Assembly (NCBI RefSeq): GCF_009914755.1
Contig: NC_060931.1
Reading direction: 5' to 3' (one strand)
DNA: 64,000 bases
Source: the human T2T-CHM13v2.0 reference genome, Homo sapiens
Shown here: positions 1 through 14,703 of the stretch, one piece after another
Layout of the letters: each line of letters begins with the position of its first letter
How positions within the stretch are numbered: the stretch's first letter is position 1
Made by a program: the position numbers and the translations under genes
Notes under the pieces: generated by a model
What the model was told of the DNA's origin: nothing
What the model saw: the letters and a program-made list of their open reading frames with translations, nothing else
The model's database searches: none

Positions 1-835
1 ACACACAATCAAACTCTATTCCCTTTCCCTGTGACATCAACATTCTTGGCTGAGCCATTGGAGGGGAACTCCTTTTCCACCCAAGATAAACTGGAATCTG
101 GGGCTAGAAGCATTCCCCTAGGGTCCCCACAGCCACATTCTCCCACAAACTCCCACCTCCTCAGTCCCCAGAGTGCTTGATTCCAGCCATGTGGCTGCTC
201 CTCAGGCCTTGCTGAGGTTGACGGCGGTGCAGCTGTAGCTCTTCACCAGCTCCCTGTGACAGCGGGAAACAGATTGGAAGCACCAGGCATCTGGTGTCAA
301 TGGACGTGCACACATGAACCGCTGAGGCTGGGATCATCTCTCCCTCTCTCTTCTCTTGTGACTCCCCCTACAAAACTGTACATCAACATTGAAATTGTCC
401 ATCTGGTCTTTCCTGGCAATAGGCTCCTTGTGATAACATATTTCATTAACAGTGCTTGGAGATGGCCTGTGAACCCAGGAAGCAAAGGACCCTGGCCACT
501 GATGGCCAGCTCAGGCCAAGGTGCGGACAGATGCTCAGGAAGAGCCCAGATGGCAGGAAAGAGCCTGAAATGAGGCTCTAGGCAAGCCCATCTCCTGCCT
601 CGTCCAGTGCCCACTGACCCACCCAATAGGTGTTGAGTTTCCTTGGCATGCCCTGCAAATATGATTGCAAAGGAAATTTTTGCTACCAAATTGGTCCCTA
701 CCCCTGAGATTAGAGGAAAGACACATAATCAGTAGGCGAGAGTACACAGAAGTTTGTTGTCTGTGAGCCTTTTTCTTAATAAATGAAAGGTTGATTTATC
801 TTATCTTTGTCTTACAGCATAATGGGGAATTTGGA

Positions 836-990
836 CAAATAGACCCAGCTTCAAACACTGGCTCTGCCCCTGCTGGCTTTATAACTTTGGGCAAATTTGT
901 CTCTCTCAGCTTCTATTTTCTCATGTGGCCTTTGTGAGGATATAATAAGAAAACCTACATAAATCCCCAGTCTGGAGTAGGTTCTTGGTA
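836..990 (+). mobile_element. MIR SINE fragment
   Basis: MIR core-like sequence: 'ttcaaacactggctctgcccc...actttgggcaaattt...ctcagcttctattttctcat...ttgtgaggat...gtaggttcttggtaagtg'. Confidence 0.55.
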
Positions 991-2698
991 AGTGCAAGCT
1001 TTTTAAAAAAATCAATGTGCATGAAGATGTATAGATATATACGTCTAGATGGCCAGTTTTCCCCCTTCGTTGGCATTACCTTCCCATTCCGTGTGGTTAT
1101 TAGCAGAGCTGTCTGAAATCCAAAGCAATGCAAACGGCGCCCAGTGTCATCTCATCCAGCAATAGGCCTCTCACAGGTGAGGAGCTTGAGGCCTATAGAG
1201 GGACAGTGAGGGTACAACTGGATGCTCAGGGTCTTGGCCCCAAGCCTCATCATTTGCTATGTATGTCTGGCTGCACCCCATGTTGGTGGAGTTGGGTAAC
1301 TGGGCATGGACCTGCTCTCAGCTCTCCTCCATGAGGGGGACGCCACAGTGTCAAATCGGCCCCCATCCTGCCTAGGCTGTAGAGCATTCACACTTGGCCT
1401 CTTGAGGGTTCAAAAAAATTTCTCCATATTTCCCTAGTTTCCTGTTCTCATCAAAGTTTGGCCTCCACTAGAGTGTTGAGCCTAAGATTTTTGCTAAAAT
1501 AGCCCTCTGTGGAAAGACGCCATGGGTCTGAAAGAAGCCCCCATGCCCTTTGACTTGTAGCTGAGTGGCTGCACACTGGCAGGCTTTGGGTCCTGGCTGG
1601 TGAATGGGTTCAACAGCCATATTCCATACCTTCACCACTACGGGGCCTGGTCACTGGGTGGGGTCAGGGGCCACCTCCATCACCGTTAGTGGCCAAGGGA
1701 GACCATGCTGGTTTCTGACCCCCCACCATCCCCCACCCCCTGTAAAGTGCAGAGGGTACCTGGGCTGGTCTGCCTTGTTTCAGTTTTTCCGTCTGACCCT
1801 GCAGGGTCTCCTAATCCTGGGAGGCCTTTGGCATTCACCCTCCTCCCTCAGGAGTACTGTCTCTTTCCTTCTAGGTGGGAAGGAATGATTGTAAGGACCT
1901 CTTCCAGTTCCAACCTCATGGGATTCTTGTGGTGCTGATCTCCAGGTCCCTCCTTGTTTTGCAAGACGCTGCCCTAGGCCTCTCTCCAGCCCCAGTTACA
2001 ACCGGAGCAGAGAGCATGGGGCCCCTTCTCACTATCCATTCCTGCTCCACTTAAGAATCTGCATCTCCAGAGAGAAGGACGCTGTGCAGAGCTCCACCTC
2101 CAGTCACCTGAGCACATGGGCGCAAATGACGTGACTTTTCTCTGTCATGAGAATCCATCGGAGACTGAACTAAGTAAACTTTTATTTCCATATCTCATTC
2201 TCTTGAAGAGAACACAGTCATAACTCCACAGAGAATAAACATACGCAGTCTAATCTTTCTCCTTGCTGGGACAGTTTGTTGAAATTGGTGAAATGATGCA
2301 GGCCCCGCTGAAATGGCTTGATAAGCGTTGTAAGTCCCGTTTTGTGATTATTAAATAGGGAGGGTAATCCTGCTGCTTCTGGTCATTTTTTTAAAAACCC
2401 TCTCTCTTACCTGAATCTAACTTCTTCTCATGTTGCACTGTGGCTTATACACATGTTGAGCTCATGTGTCTACCAACGTGTGTGCATATGTGCAAATTGG
2501 ACTTCTTTCCTTTGGGAGGGTGTCTGTGCCTCTAGAGAGAAAGAAAATTCCACCCTCATTTTATGATTCCCTCACTGGGTTGTTAGTGACATCATGAAAG
2601 AGAAATCAAAGTTTGAGTGATTCATACTGCACAAGAATTAAGCTGAAGTGAAAATAGTTTATGCATTTTTCAATACACAAAGATTTCTTTTCTTAAAG

Positions 2699-3012
2699 CA
2701 GCAGTCAGCAAACTACAGACTGCCGGCCAAATCTGGCCCATAGCCTGTATTCGTATGACCTGTGTGAGCTACAAATTTACATTCCCATTTTTAAATGGTT
2801 GCAAAAATCAAAGGAAGAATATTTCCCAACACAGGAAAATTACATGGGATTCAAATTTCAGTGTTCATAAATAAAGTTTTATTGGAACACAGCCTTCCTC
2901 ATTCATTTATTCATCATCGGTGACTGTTTTTCATGCTACAAAGGTGGGGTTGAGCCTGTAAGCAAAAAATGTCTACTACCTGGACCTTTACGGGAAATGT
3001 TTGTTGATTTTC
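2699..3012 (+). mobile_element. MER58B-like hAT-Charlie DNA transposon MITE
   Basis: Starts 'cagcagtcagcaaactac...ggccaaatctggcc', has internal 'aataaagttttattggaacacagcc' and ends 'tggacctttacgggaaatgtttgttga', matching the remembered MER58 consensus. Confidence 0.75.
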
Positions 3013-4296
3013 ATAAATCTTTCTTTTTTTTACAAATCTATTTTTTCGTACGGTTTCATAGATGGAGGAACTGGAAATCCGAGAGGAAATGGGATTTAAA
3101 GAATGTTCTCAACATGACTGAATCCAAAGAGAAGCAGATATTTACCCCCATGAGGTGCAGATCCCTTCCAATTCCTCTGCTGTGCGCTGCCCATCAGAAG
3201 ATATCCCAGGCTTACGGAAGAGCTGTTGAAATGTCCATTAAGAAAAATTGATTCTGAAGTGTGACATCATGTCCTTGAAGACACACGATATCATGACAGG
3301 ACATGATATAATGTCCTGTGCAAATAGAAATTGCATTGTCAGAGACCCGATTGCTTCAGGAGGAAAGATACGGCTATAAAAATAAAATCATAATTTATGA
3401 AACTGATGCTTGTGGTAGGAATGTTCAGCGTTGAGTGCTCCTCCTTACCATGAACCCCAAATTTTGTGTTAGATCCTATGTGACCAGTTGCTTACCTCCT
3501 TTCTCTTTTATTGACAAAATCTCATAAGGACTGAGTTTTCCATGCTTATTTAATTTTTTTTTTTTTTTATTTTTCGGCTTCTGCCTTCACGCAATAATAT
3601 TGGTCAGGAAGGTTACTTTCAAATTCAACTTCTTACATACCATTGAAGTAGCATCAGGTGAGAATTCTTAGATCTTCTTTTTATTAAAAAAGAAACTATT
3701 TCTAATAAAAACACTGTGGGATTATTCATTTCAGTGTAGCAGGAAGTTTCAGAGAAAATAATGTGCATATATTTTCTATGTGCCAGAGTATAAGAGGCCT
3801 AAGAAAAGTCAGGAAGATAAGTAGTTTGCCCATTTCATTTCCTGGGGTGAAATGTAAAAATTCTGTTATGGCTCATAAATGACACTTGCCCCAGACCCGA
3901 GTTATGTGCTCTGTTTCCACAGACGTGGTGGCCTAATATTGACACCAAGTGTCTTTTTTCAGCTCAGGATCAGCCTAAAGAAAACGGAGATATGAAACTT
4001 GACCACCTTTAGAGACACACAGGTGCCTCCGCTTTGACCGACAGGGTGGCAACACAAGGACGATGGGGTCACCACAGAAAGGTGGAGCTGGGAGCACTGG
4101 GCGCTTCCATCTCTGAGAGTCACCAGGAAGTGAGTGGGCGAGTGAGGGGTCCATCTAGCAAGCACTGGGGGCAGTATGCCCTGAGTCCCCTTACCTTGTC
4201 TCAGCCACACACTCCAAGAACATCACCTCCTCCTCCCACCATCCAGCATACCTCATGTCTAAATAATACATATTCATATTGAGGAGTCAAAAGGAT

Positions 4297-4810
<514 letters not shown>

Positions 4811-6879
4811 GACTGTTCTTTCGCCACACCCCTCACTGTTTCTCTAATAAAATGAATCAGACTGAGACAGCATTAGGGTGATTTAGGGTTCACGCAAGAA
4901 GGAATTCCCCAAGAGCCAATGATGTTGCACATTGGAAAATAAGGAGGGGCCTTGTGGGGTGACCTCAGGCGGATCTCAGATGACCTGTCCTGCTTGTCTG
5001 TGGTGGATGGCAATTGTGGAGTTGGATGATAATTTCTAGAAGTTAATATTTTAAAATCTATAAAGTTCTGAACCAAGTTATGACCGAATTAAGAATTTCT
5101 AGGCTTCTCCATCTCATTGGCCATGACCCCCAAGGAATTTAATGTGCTAAGAAGTTGAGTCGGCCATCACAGTGGACCCCACTTGCCTGGACCTGGAGGC
5201 TCAGCAAGGGAACTCAGACAGAGGCTGAGCCACTGAACCCTGCTCGACTATGACACTTCACACTTTTGCTTTCTCTCCTCTCTGATGTTAATGGCTCATC
5301 TCCCCCAAGGTTCTCTTTTCACCTTTTAACCATGTGTCTGTCACCTCGGCTTGTTAATGGCTTTCGGGCAACCTGAGGCACAGCACAGCGCTGCTGCTCC
5401 ACAGAGACTCCCGCCAGCCTTTCTCCTTGGTTAGGGGTTGCTTACAACTTGTAAATCAGCACATTAGTCACAGTTAAATGTTTCCTGAAGAACTTTCCAA
5501 ACAACCTGGGAGTTTGGATTAGAACCTGGGACAGTGACAGGTGCTTTCAGGACACAAACCACCTTGTGAGCCAATCCATGGCAACATCTGAGGATGACAC
5601 ACTGCAAGGCCAGGCCGCTCAGCACCTAGAGCGCCTGAAGAGGACACATTCGTCAGGAAGAAAATAGGATTAAAATAAAAGGAATTGCTACTGCCAGAAC
5701 TTCCCTCAGGAGTCCTGGTTGAGTCCCCACTCTTTAACTTAAAGCCTCAAATATCAGTTTGAGGAAATATCAGCTTGTTTGGAAACTCATCTGTTCTAGC
5801 TTTGGATTTATGAACAGGGCATTTTTTTTTTTTTTTTTTTTTTTGCTTTTGAGAACATGGATGGCTGTGTCTTCACAGAACAGAGACCGCCACACCCTCT
5901 TGCGCTGTGGGGACTGAAGGAGCCGGGGGGAGTCCTGACTCCTCATGCCATTCTGGAGAGCCACACAGACTTTGGTGTTTGCGAGGTGATTTTCTCAGGC
6001 CTTGGGGCCTAGGACCTAGCGTTATCTAGCCCAACAATTAGAGACATTCAAAACGGGACTGGGCTACCTTTTGAGGTACTGAGTTTCTTGTCACTGGAAG
6101 GGTGTGGCAGAGACGGCAGAGATTCTAAAGAGGGAGTTTCTGCACCAGGTGAGCAACCCAATTCCACACACATTTGCCAAGGAGCCACTGTAGGGAGTAG
6201 GAAGGTGATATGGTTGCTGCAGGCCACCTGTGCAGTCATGTGCTGGGTTTGTTCTAATGCCTCAGGTTAAAAACAAAGACATAGTAAACCCCTCCATGTA
6301 GGATTGGACTAGATGTCATGCCCATATGCTGCAGTTCTTGGGTAATGCTGCAGCAAGATCACTGCCTCACTCATGCACTGCCCACCTCATTTGTGAAAAA
6401 TCAAAACAATCTGGTTCTGCAGGAAGGAAGCTGCAGTCAAAAAGGAAAGGGTCTGTGCAAAGCTGTGACAGGAGAACAATCAGCTATAGCGCTGGGCTGC
6501 CCCCTCATTGACTTTTTGGAGATGACAGAACTTTCTCTCCAGTTGTTTTTTTTTTTTTTTAACAAAATTAATTCCTGATTCATAGTACCAATATTCTACT
6601 GACGTGTATTTCAACATAGATATGCATGTAATAGATGCTCAGTAAACACCATGGAGTGAATGACATAGATTTCTCTCTAAGCTATAGGAATTACTGACAC
6701 AACAGATCTGAGACCTTTGGAGGAGGAGTAATCATATGGCTTTTAACTTCTCAGAAAGGTGGGTCCCGAAATACACTGCTATGAAAAGAAAGTCTACTGC
6801 CCTGGATGGCAGGATCAGCAGTTCTGCTGATATTAGACTAACAGAAAGTTTGGGTCCACCTGCTATATTTTGATTTACT

Positions 6880-6975
6880 TATAACCATCATTCAAACTAA
6901 GACACCTTTGAGAGTGAAAGGGGATTCTATTAATAATGACACTGAGGTGACAGGTAAATAGGCATTGTCCCTGAG
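6880..6975 (+). mobile_element. MER94-like hAT-Blackjack MITE fragment
   Basis: 'caaactaagacacctttgagagtgaaaggggattctattaataatgacac...acaggtaaataggcattgtccc' resembles the MER94 consensus. Confidence 0.55.
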
Positions 6976-8479
6976 AGGTGGAATATTCAGCTATCTGTCT
7001 CAGAACCCATGTAATCCGAGGCTGTCACACATTAATCATAGGAAAGTAAATGGCTCACGTGGAAACAACTCTAGAGTCATTTTCTTCAACTCTTCTTACT
7101 TTACTGAAGATGCTTAGGTCAGAGAGCTTAAAAGGCTTTGCCCAAAACCACGCAGCTTGGTGGTACCAAAGTCAGGCTAGAAGCCAGGACAGCTCATTCC
7201 CACCCAGGGCTCACGGGCTCTTGTCATTTATTCCTCTGTGTGCATAGTCCAGGATACTCACTTAAGGCAAATGTGGCAAAGAAAAGGACACAATTACAAG
7301 CTCTTACCAAGCATAAAACAAGCATTTGTGCTTTGACTTCCCAGGTGATTTTAGATAAAATATTTCATTTCTTTGCATTCTGTTTCCTGACTTGGAAAAT
7401 CAAGAGAAATAACTGTCCTGCCACCTCTGGGTTTAGTTAGGAGGAAAGAGATAAAAATATAAATAAAGAAGCACACTGACTCCTCAGGCAGAGAGGAGTT
7501 GTACATGTACATGTATAGTGGTAGATGTTATTGCACTATAAAACTATCCACAATGTACTAGTGGACCAAGAACTAAATAGTACTCCTGAGTCCTGAAAGT
7601 GCTAAAGTGACCCACAATACCTAACTTACCTTGTGAAGCAATAGTAATTTATTGCAGGGAAGGGCATGAGGAAAGACTGGAGGAGGGACAGACGGGGAGC
7701 AGGGAGAAGACTTAGTCACTGTAGCTACGATGTCCCTAACTGAAGGGTAGAAAATGATGAAGACGCAGATACATGCTTCATTTCTAAACACTTGCAGAAA
7801 ATTTTAACATGTTCTTACTATCCTTCCCTCAAATTCCAGTGTGATTGTTTTATCCAAATGGGAAAATCTCAATAAACAAAACTCCCTAAATTCCTGTTGG
7901 TATTAATGAAGCGTTGGATGACTGCCCCAGCTTAACTCATGTGCTTTCCACAGGCCATCCTGGCAATCAGCCACTGGGGGTCAAAAGTGATAGAGCATTA
8001 TGCAAATGTAAGTGGGACTTGCTTCTCAAGGTGGGACTTTGCTGCACGCTGTACAAATTGGTTGCTTCTGGTGAGGACAAGTCTCCGATAAACTTCCTAG
8101 GTATTGCTGTATGTGACATTTGCACAGCTTTCAGAATGAGACTTTTATTTGAATAGTCTCCTGGCATTCCAGAGGCAGGAGTTTTAAGCCAGGTGACATG
8201 TCCCAAGAAAGCCAAGTGTTGGGTGCAGGAAGAGCAGATCAGTGTGTGAGCTTCTGCTACCCAGTGTCAGCTTCATTCTATGGGCATCTCATGTGAACCT
8301 ATGGCGGTGAGTGTGTAGAGAATGTAACAGGGAGAGAAAGGAAGCTCACTGGCAGGGCAGGAACTGATGATGAATTATGAATTTGCTATTTTGCACCAAA
8401 CCGGAGCTGCTTGGGTTTTTGCTCATGTCTTCTTTTCTTCAAGGCAGAAGGCAATCTATTTCAGGCATGTCCTCTTTAT

Positions 8480-9980
8480 GGAAATCCAAAAGTCTAAAAC
8501 ACAGGAGCAACATCTCTTGGGGTACTTGTGACTTTTAGGAATAAAATTAAGTCATTTAGGAAATGATGCTATGGGTTTCCTTGAACCCAAACATCTATAC
8601 CAACATATAGACATCTGGCCCCAACATGTGAGAGGTGTGATCTGACCAGAAAGCATGCGGACTTTCCATTCCTAGTCCCTTAACAGGCAGTGAGGATGAT
8701 GACATTTTCAAGTCTATGGAAAGGGAGCATTTAAGGCTGTGTTTCTTTTATTCTGAGACTTTCATGCAGGGCATAGGGGCTTGGTCAACAAGAAATATAC
8801 AATTGAAATGGTGTCTTGGTTACCAGGGTGAGAACTATCAGAGAAGAGGGAAAAGTGGTCAATTTAAGTAAATGGCTTTTAAGAAAGAAAATTTCACCAG
8901 GCTTAAGGGGTTCATTGAAAAAGTCTCCAGAGAAAGGAGATCAAGGGTCAAATAGGGGCCCCAAGACAGCCAGGTGCTCTTGTAGAAAAACTTTTTCATA
9001 AAACTCTTACATTGTTACCATTCCCCCAAAAAGGATGCAGGCACTGAAAGGCCATCCAGTGAGCAAACCCCAGCTCCACAGGAACAGAGACGCACATCAG
9101 AGTGGCCATAAAATTGTAAGATTGACTCATTCCCAAGGAAGATGACAGAAAAATCAGAAAAAAAATGTTCAAAGGAATTCAGGAAATCTGAAGCAGGAGA
9201 CAAGATATAGCTTTTCAAGGGGCACAAAAGGAGAGTAAAGGGAAATGCTGTCCCTTTAGTACTGGAGGACGTGATGTAAGGAGGAGAGAAGGAATCACAG
9301 ATAAACACTACCCTCTCTCTAGAGGGGTAAGGAAGAGTTATTTTGCCTATGAATGTAAACAAAAAATGAAAAATAAGAATGAGCTTTCCTTAAAAGTATG
9401 CAGTGTTTTACACTTTTTGGAGCACTCTTGTGTCATCTTGAAAGTCAATGGAAAGATCTGGAAGGTGGGGAAAGCAAAGGGAGTAGAAAGGACCAGCAGA
9501 TTGGATGCTTACACCTGTTTCAGTCATAGAGGCAGAGTATGATTTGCACAATCTGAGGGCGTGTGATCCGGACTACCAAGGGAATTGCCCAGGGACTAGC
9601 TGGGTGGGAAGCATAGCAAACCATGGTGAGTCTGTGGAGTAATTTGACATAAACCTCTTTAAACTCAGTCCCTATGCCAGAAAATTCCTGCCAAGGAAAG
9701 ATATAATGCTAAACCACTTTGGCAGCATTTAGAAGTAACCAGGGAATGGAGTAATATTTATTCACTCATTTATTTATTCATTCAACAAACATTTGTTGAG
9801 AACCTGCTGTGTGCAAGACACTGTCCTAAATGCAATGACAACCAACATAGTGTCATAAAATTAAGCTTTCTATCAGATCAATCTAATTAACCTTCATATG
9901 ACAGCCTGGAAAGTTGGGTTCGAATTCATTGCTGCAATCTTTCTTGACTTTGAAAGTATTCTAGTGTGTCTCATATGTTA
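8480..9980 (+). mobile_element. Ancient L3/CR1 LINE ORF2 remnant, interrupted by an L2 tail at ~9755-9835
   Basis: Decayed CR1 RT-like motifs: 'accaacatagtgtcataaaa...atcagatcaatctaattaaccttc...tctttcttgactttgaaagtattc' (approximately NQHGF..KSCQTNLISFFD..IYLDFSKAFD). Confidence 0.45.
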
Positions 9981-10344
9981 TAGCCCTCAATAAATGAAGA
10001 CATACCACATGTGCTTGTGCACAGAGAACATCTGTGCTTAATGAATGCATCAATACACACCATGAAATGGGTCAAGACTTACATCTCATCTGCTTGTCTA
10101 ACTCTGTTAAATAGATGGGGCAGGTGTTCTGCAGATGAGGAAACTGATATTCAGAGAAGTTAGGTACTGTGCCTACGAACCCACAGCTGGTGAGTGATGC
10201 AGCCAGACTTGGCATCAAGTCATGCCATGTCATGAAGTTTTTCAGGAATAGATTTTTCTTAGTGTTGCATATGATGGAGCAGAAGACAAATATGCTAATG
10301 TACAGACCATAAAAGGCCAAATGTGAGGATAGAACAGCACCTGT

Positions 10345-10500
10345 TAGGGCCACCAAATAAAACACAGGGTCACAGGAAGTCCAGTTACATTTGAATTCCA
10401 GATATGTCCCAAATAATATTGCCCTTTTCTTTATTTCTTTAGCTTTGCTTTATTTTCTGGTTTGGGTGATTGTTGTTGTTGTTAAATTTGGCAATTTGGC
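10345..10500 (+). mobile_element. MER53-like hAT MITE (decayed)
   Basis: 'tagggccaccaaataaaacacagg...ccagttacatttgaattccagata...tgtcccaaata...gttaaatttggcaa'. Confidence 0.55.
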
Positions 10501-13009
10501 AATGCTTTCGGGGATCCACTGGGAAGTTATAAATTGTGTGCCTAGGGCCCTTGTCATGCACTCTTTTGGAGCCGAAGTGTCAATTTCTCCCAAGAAGGTG
10601 GTTTTGGGAGCTGCCTCAATTCATGTAATCTGAAGTTTGCTGCCTTCTTTAAAGGAGTGTTCTGATTCGATAAAGCAGGCAGGCAACCCAAAAAGCAGAC
10701 GAACGAATGTCAATGGGACTGTCAGCTGCCATGCGCAAAAGCTGACTTGAGTTTTACAGATATATCCATCCTCCTCAACCCTCATAACAGTGCCTGAGGG
10801 TCAGCTGTGACCTTCTCCATCATACAGCCCATGAAACTGAGGCCCGAACAGATCAAGTGTGAGAGCTGGGGATTAAACTCATGCAGACCACACTGTGCTC
10901 TTTGCCATTAAGCTCCAAAATGAGCAAATGTGAATTTTCCAGAAATTGGACCTTAGTTGCTTTTACAATATTTCTTAACAACTTCCACCAATGAGACTTG
11001 CACCAGAGACAAAGAGACCCTGAAGTCGGAGGACATGTGAAGAGGCCCAGGAGGGCTGTTAAGATGTGACAAGCAATGGAAAGGTGTCAAGATGACAAAT
11101 GCGATCTTGCCCCAGGCACTAGAATTTCCCTTTGGGGACCAATCTAATTAAATGAAAGTTCCACCTTCCTGGGCTGGGTTGAAGCTGTTAACATCTCCCC
11201 ATGGAGTTTCATTCTCCCTCACTTCCCAGGAGCCCATCCTGTGGGGCACTCAACTCGCAGCCTCACTCTTCTACTCCACTGCTCTTCTCCCTCCAGAGCC
11301 CCCAGCAGTCACAAGGAAATGAGGACAAATGTGCCTAAACCATGGATGTTTGGTGAGAGAGCTCTGTAAGGGAGCAAACTGAGATGATCTCAAGTGTGTG
11401 TCAGTGGGCACAGAAGTAAGAGGTGTGGAGTTTCCCGGTACTTTTCCGATATCTGTTGAATTTGCCAACTAAAAGCAGAAGGCTGTGTCCTTTAGCGTCT
11501 CTGACTTTAAGTCCTTGATTATCTATCCTGCTTTTTCAGAAAGAATCTACTTTCATTTCACCTCTAGCATTCACGGAATGGGGTGAAGAGAAGGGAGAGA
11601 GAGTGGGAGAATGAGAGAGAGAGAGTGTTCAAAGTCAGACCTGTATTGGGCCAAACCTCCCTTCCACCCCCACAAGTCTGCCCTCCACTCTCTCTAAAAG
11701 GCTTTTTGCGTGAGCGATCCATACAAATTCAATTTGGAACTCTCAGTAGAATGGCCACATAGAACCAACGGATAGGCGGGGTTAAAAAAATAAATATATG
11801 GATCATGGTCAGGAGGGGAACTTTAGTTGACAACATTACTCTCACAGTCAAGGGTTGAAGGCCAGGAAAAAAGGTGGCCCCAAATGTTTCAAAGATGTTC
11901 TGATCATACCTAAAAACAGTTGGTACATTCTGGAAGAACTAGGTAAACTCATCAGCAGTCCAGAGACATGAATAAAATTGTGACACTGGACCAGCTATAT
12001 AGATAATGAGACATGCCATCTGAGGAGGAAGTCAATATGACAAAATGTAATCTGTCTCTTATTCCATATTAATGAACTCCATACAGAAATTCTTATTCAA
12101 AACTATATCACTGGCCTATGTTGGTATAGACTTCTAGTTGAGTAAATCTCTTAGTGAGAACTTGCTATGTGTCAAGCTGTGTATGCACAACCCTGTTTAA
12201 TCCTCATGACACCCAGAGCTTGCTCTTCCCCCTGCCTAACACTTTCCCCAGAAAATCACACGGCAGACTCCTTCACTTCCTGACAGTTTGGGCTCAAACG
12301 GCAACTCTTCAGAAAGGCCTGTGGGACCATCCTACATGGACTAGCACTGCCCCTCACCATCCTCTGTCCCCTCACCCTGTTTTATTAGTTTTCATAGCTC
12401 TTATTTTACATATGGTTTTCTCCCCAGCATTCCCTATGGGCAAGGTCAGACTTCAATAAGCATCAAGAATGACTTTGAAAGGAACAAAATGCAACTCAAA
12501 AGGGAAACACTCATCTTGGGGTATGCATATGTGTCTGTGTGTGTGCACATGTGTGTGGGTTAGGAGAAAGGCCTGTCCTTCCCCACTGACTTGGCGTTAG
12601 TGCTGCTTTATGGGAGAATACTCAGGAAGATGTTTTTGTTTGTTTTCTTTAACACATACACAGTAGTTCACAATGTACAAAGGAATTCTGTGTTCTCATT
12701 GGAGCTTTGCAATGGCTTCCTCTTGTAGATAGGCTGGCTTTGTCTATTTTACAGATGAAGAAACTGAGTTTGGATAAATGAGAGGACATGCAAAATGTTT
12801 TGAGGTTAGTAAATAGGAGAAAAGGGGCCTAGAAACTTTAGTGCATCAGACACTGGAGGAAACCCTACTATAAGGAAGTTGTATTTATAAGCCAGTAGCC
12901 AATCAGGGAAGATCAAAAGGAAACTGACCCAAACCAGTTTCTTCTCAGTGCACTCTAAGGGAGAAAACGTGTGGATACTGGAGACAGGCCAGGGTAGTTT
13001 GACTCCCAC

Positions 13010-13180
13010 CTCCACATCTTAATTGCTATATGCTCCTGGGCTTGTCACTTTGTCCCTAAGAGCCTCAGTCTACTGATTTGTAAATGGAAATGGTAGTGTC
13101 TCTTTCAGAGCTTGTTGTGAGGATCAGAAATAACACACGCAGAGTGCCTAGCACAATACCTGGCTTGGTGAGCAGTAAAA
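13010..13180 (+). mobile_element. MIR SINE
   Basis: 'agcctcagtctactgatttgtaaatggaaatggtagt...ttgttgtgaggatcagaaataac...agtgcctagcacaatacctggc'. Confidence 0.7.
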
Positions 13181-14006
13181 AGTCACACTTCCAGAATCTA
13201 TTGCTAACTAACTTACCAAAGGCAAGGTAAAATCTGGTTGGCTGTCTTTCCAGGTAAGAAGTATTTTAAATGTGTTAGTTACAGTTGTCTTAGATTCTGA
13301 AACTTAGAGAAAAATCTACTTGTGAGCTTCCTCTGCAGGGTCCCTGCCTTATTTGTCTTCAAGTCCAAGCTTAGTACTGAGCCAGCTGGTTATTCTTGTC
13401 ACACCTAGTCCATCATCACAGTCCAGTCGCCTCCCACCTCTGCAGGTGGCCCCTTCCACCCAGGGCTCAGCTTTCATTCTTAAAGCACTGTCCCTCCCAC
13501 CTGGACCCTATGACCCCTTATCCAGAACCCTTCCCCTCACATACCCCCACCATCTCCTGGACTTTAAGCACTGCTTCTTATCAGACTTCCTACCTCGGGC
13601 TCAAAAAAAATCCCTTTCCTCAAAGCCTCCACTCCACCTTCCTTCTCCGTCAAACCACTGCCTGAGCTCGCCCATTTTTTCCAGACATCACTGGTGTCTG
13701 GCATGACAGCTCTGGCATGGGTAACCCTGGTGTACTTTGCAGCCCTTCTTCCCACCGTTTACCTTGGCAGCCCCAGACAACTGCCTCTTTCTGTCCTCTG
13801 TGCCTTTGCATATTTGAGTCCTTCTTCCTGGAATTTGGTGAACTGCTGCTTACACTTTGCAGCACAGTTCAATATTGTCCCCTTCTTGACTCACCCAGGA
13901 GGAGTTAGTCCCATTCTCTTCTGCCCTTCCACAGGACTGGGGGGCATGCCTCTTATAGATTTTGCGTGGACATCTGTCTCACTGTCTAAGGGAGAATTGA
14001 CTTGCA

Positions 14007-14565
14007 AATGGAAACTATGGGTACCATAACTCTGCTTCTTCCTCTGGAGCACCCTCTCAGGTGTTCTCTGGTGTAGGCTGATCTGGCATTCTGGTCATAT
14101 GAGATGTCCTGGCCCCCTCCCTGCTGCCACACCAGCCTTCTGTGACATTCTGCACCATGGACCACAGTAAGGAAGGAAAAAAGGGAGGGAAGAAAGAAAC
14201 GTTTTCATCTTTCCTCTCACCAGGGTGTTCCCTTGGAGAAAAAGGAAGACAACGCATTCTGAATGCATCCATTCTTCTCTACTAACATCTTTTCACCCCT
14301 CTGATAGGAACTTCTTTTCCCTGGGCCAAGTTTATGTGCACCTCCAATAGCTTCTTTCTCATGAGGATCTCAATTTCTCAAACAGTTCCATCAGGTCTCT
14401 CCACCAGCCTTTGACAGCTGCCTGGATGTGTCTAAGCTGCAGGCTGAGCACATCCAGGCCTCTATGTGGGATCCCCACCACAATGAGCACAGTGCAGGTT
14501 TTCCTTATTGCAAACTCCAGCATCTGCTTTCAGACTAGCAGCCCAATCTTCTCCAAAAGGAAAGA
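14007..14565. repeat. Left (donor) arm of ~550-bp long inverted repeat
   Basis: Reverse-complement match to 15045-15585 at ~85% identity by manual alignment. The mirrored ORFs 14057..14272(-)/15305..15577(+) and 14411..14641(+)/15053..15292(-) show the same match. Confidence 0.95.
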
Positions 14566-14703
14566 GCAGACCCACATTGGAGGCAGAGCTGGGATGGAAT
14601 TGTACATGGTTTTTATAGTTGCAGTGGGATCTCACTTATGAATGTGTATCTAATGCTGTTTGTGAACATTTAAACTGTCATCGTGGGATTTAACATTTTG
14701 ATG

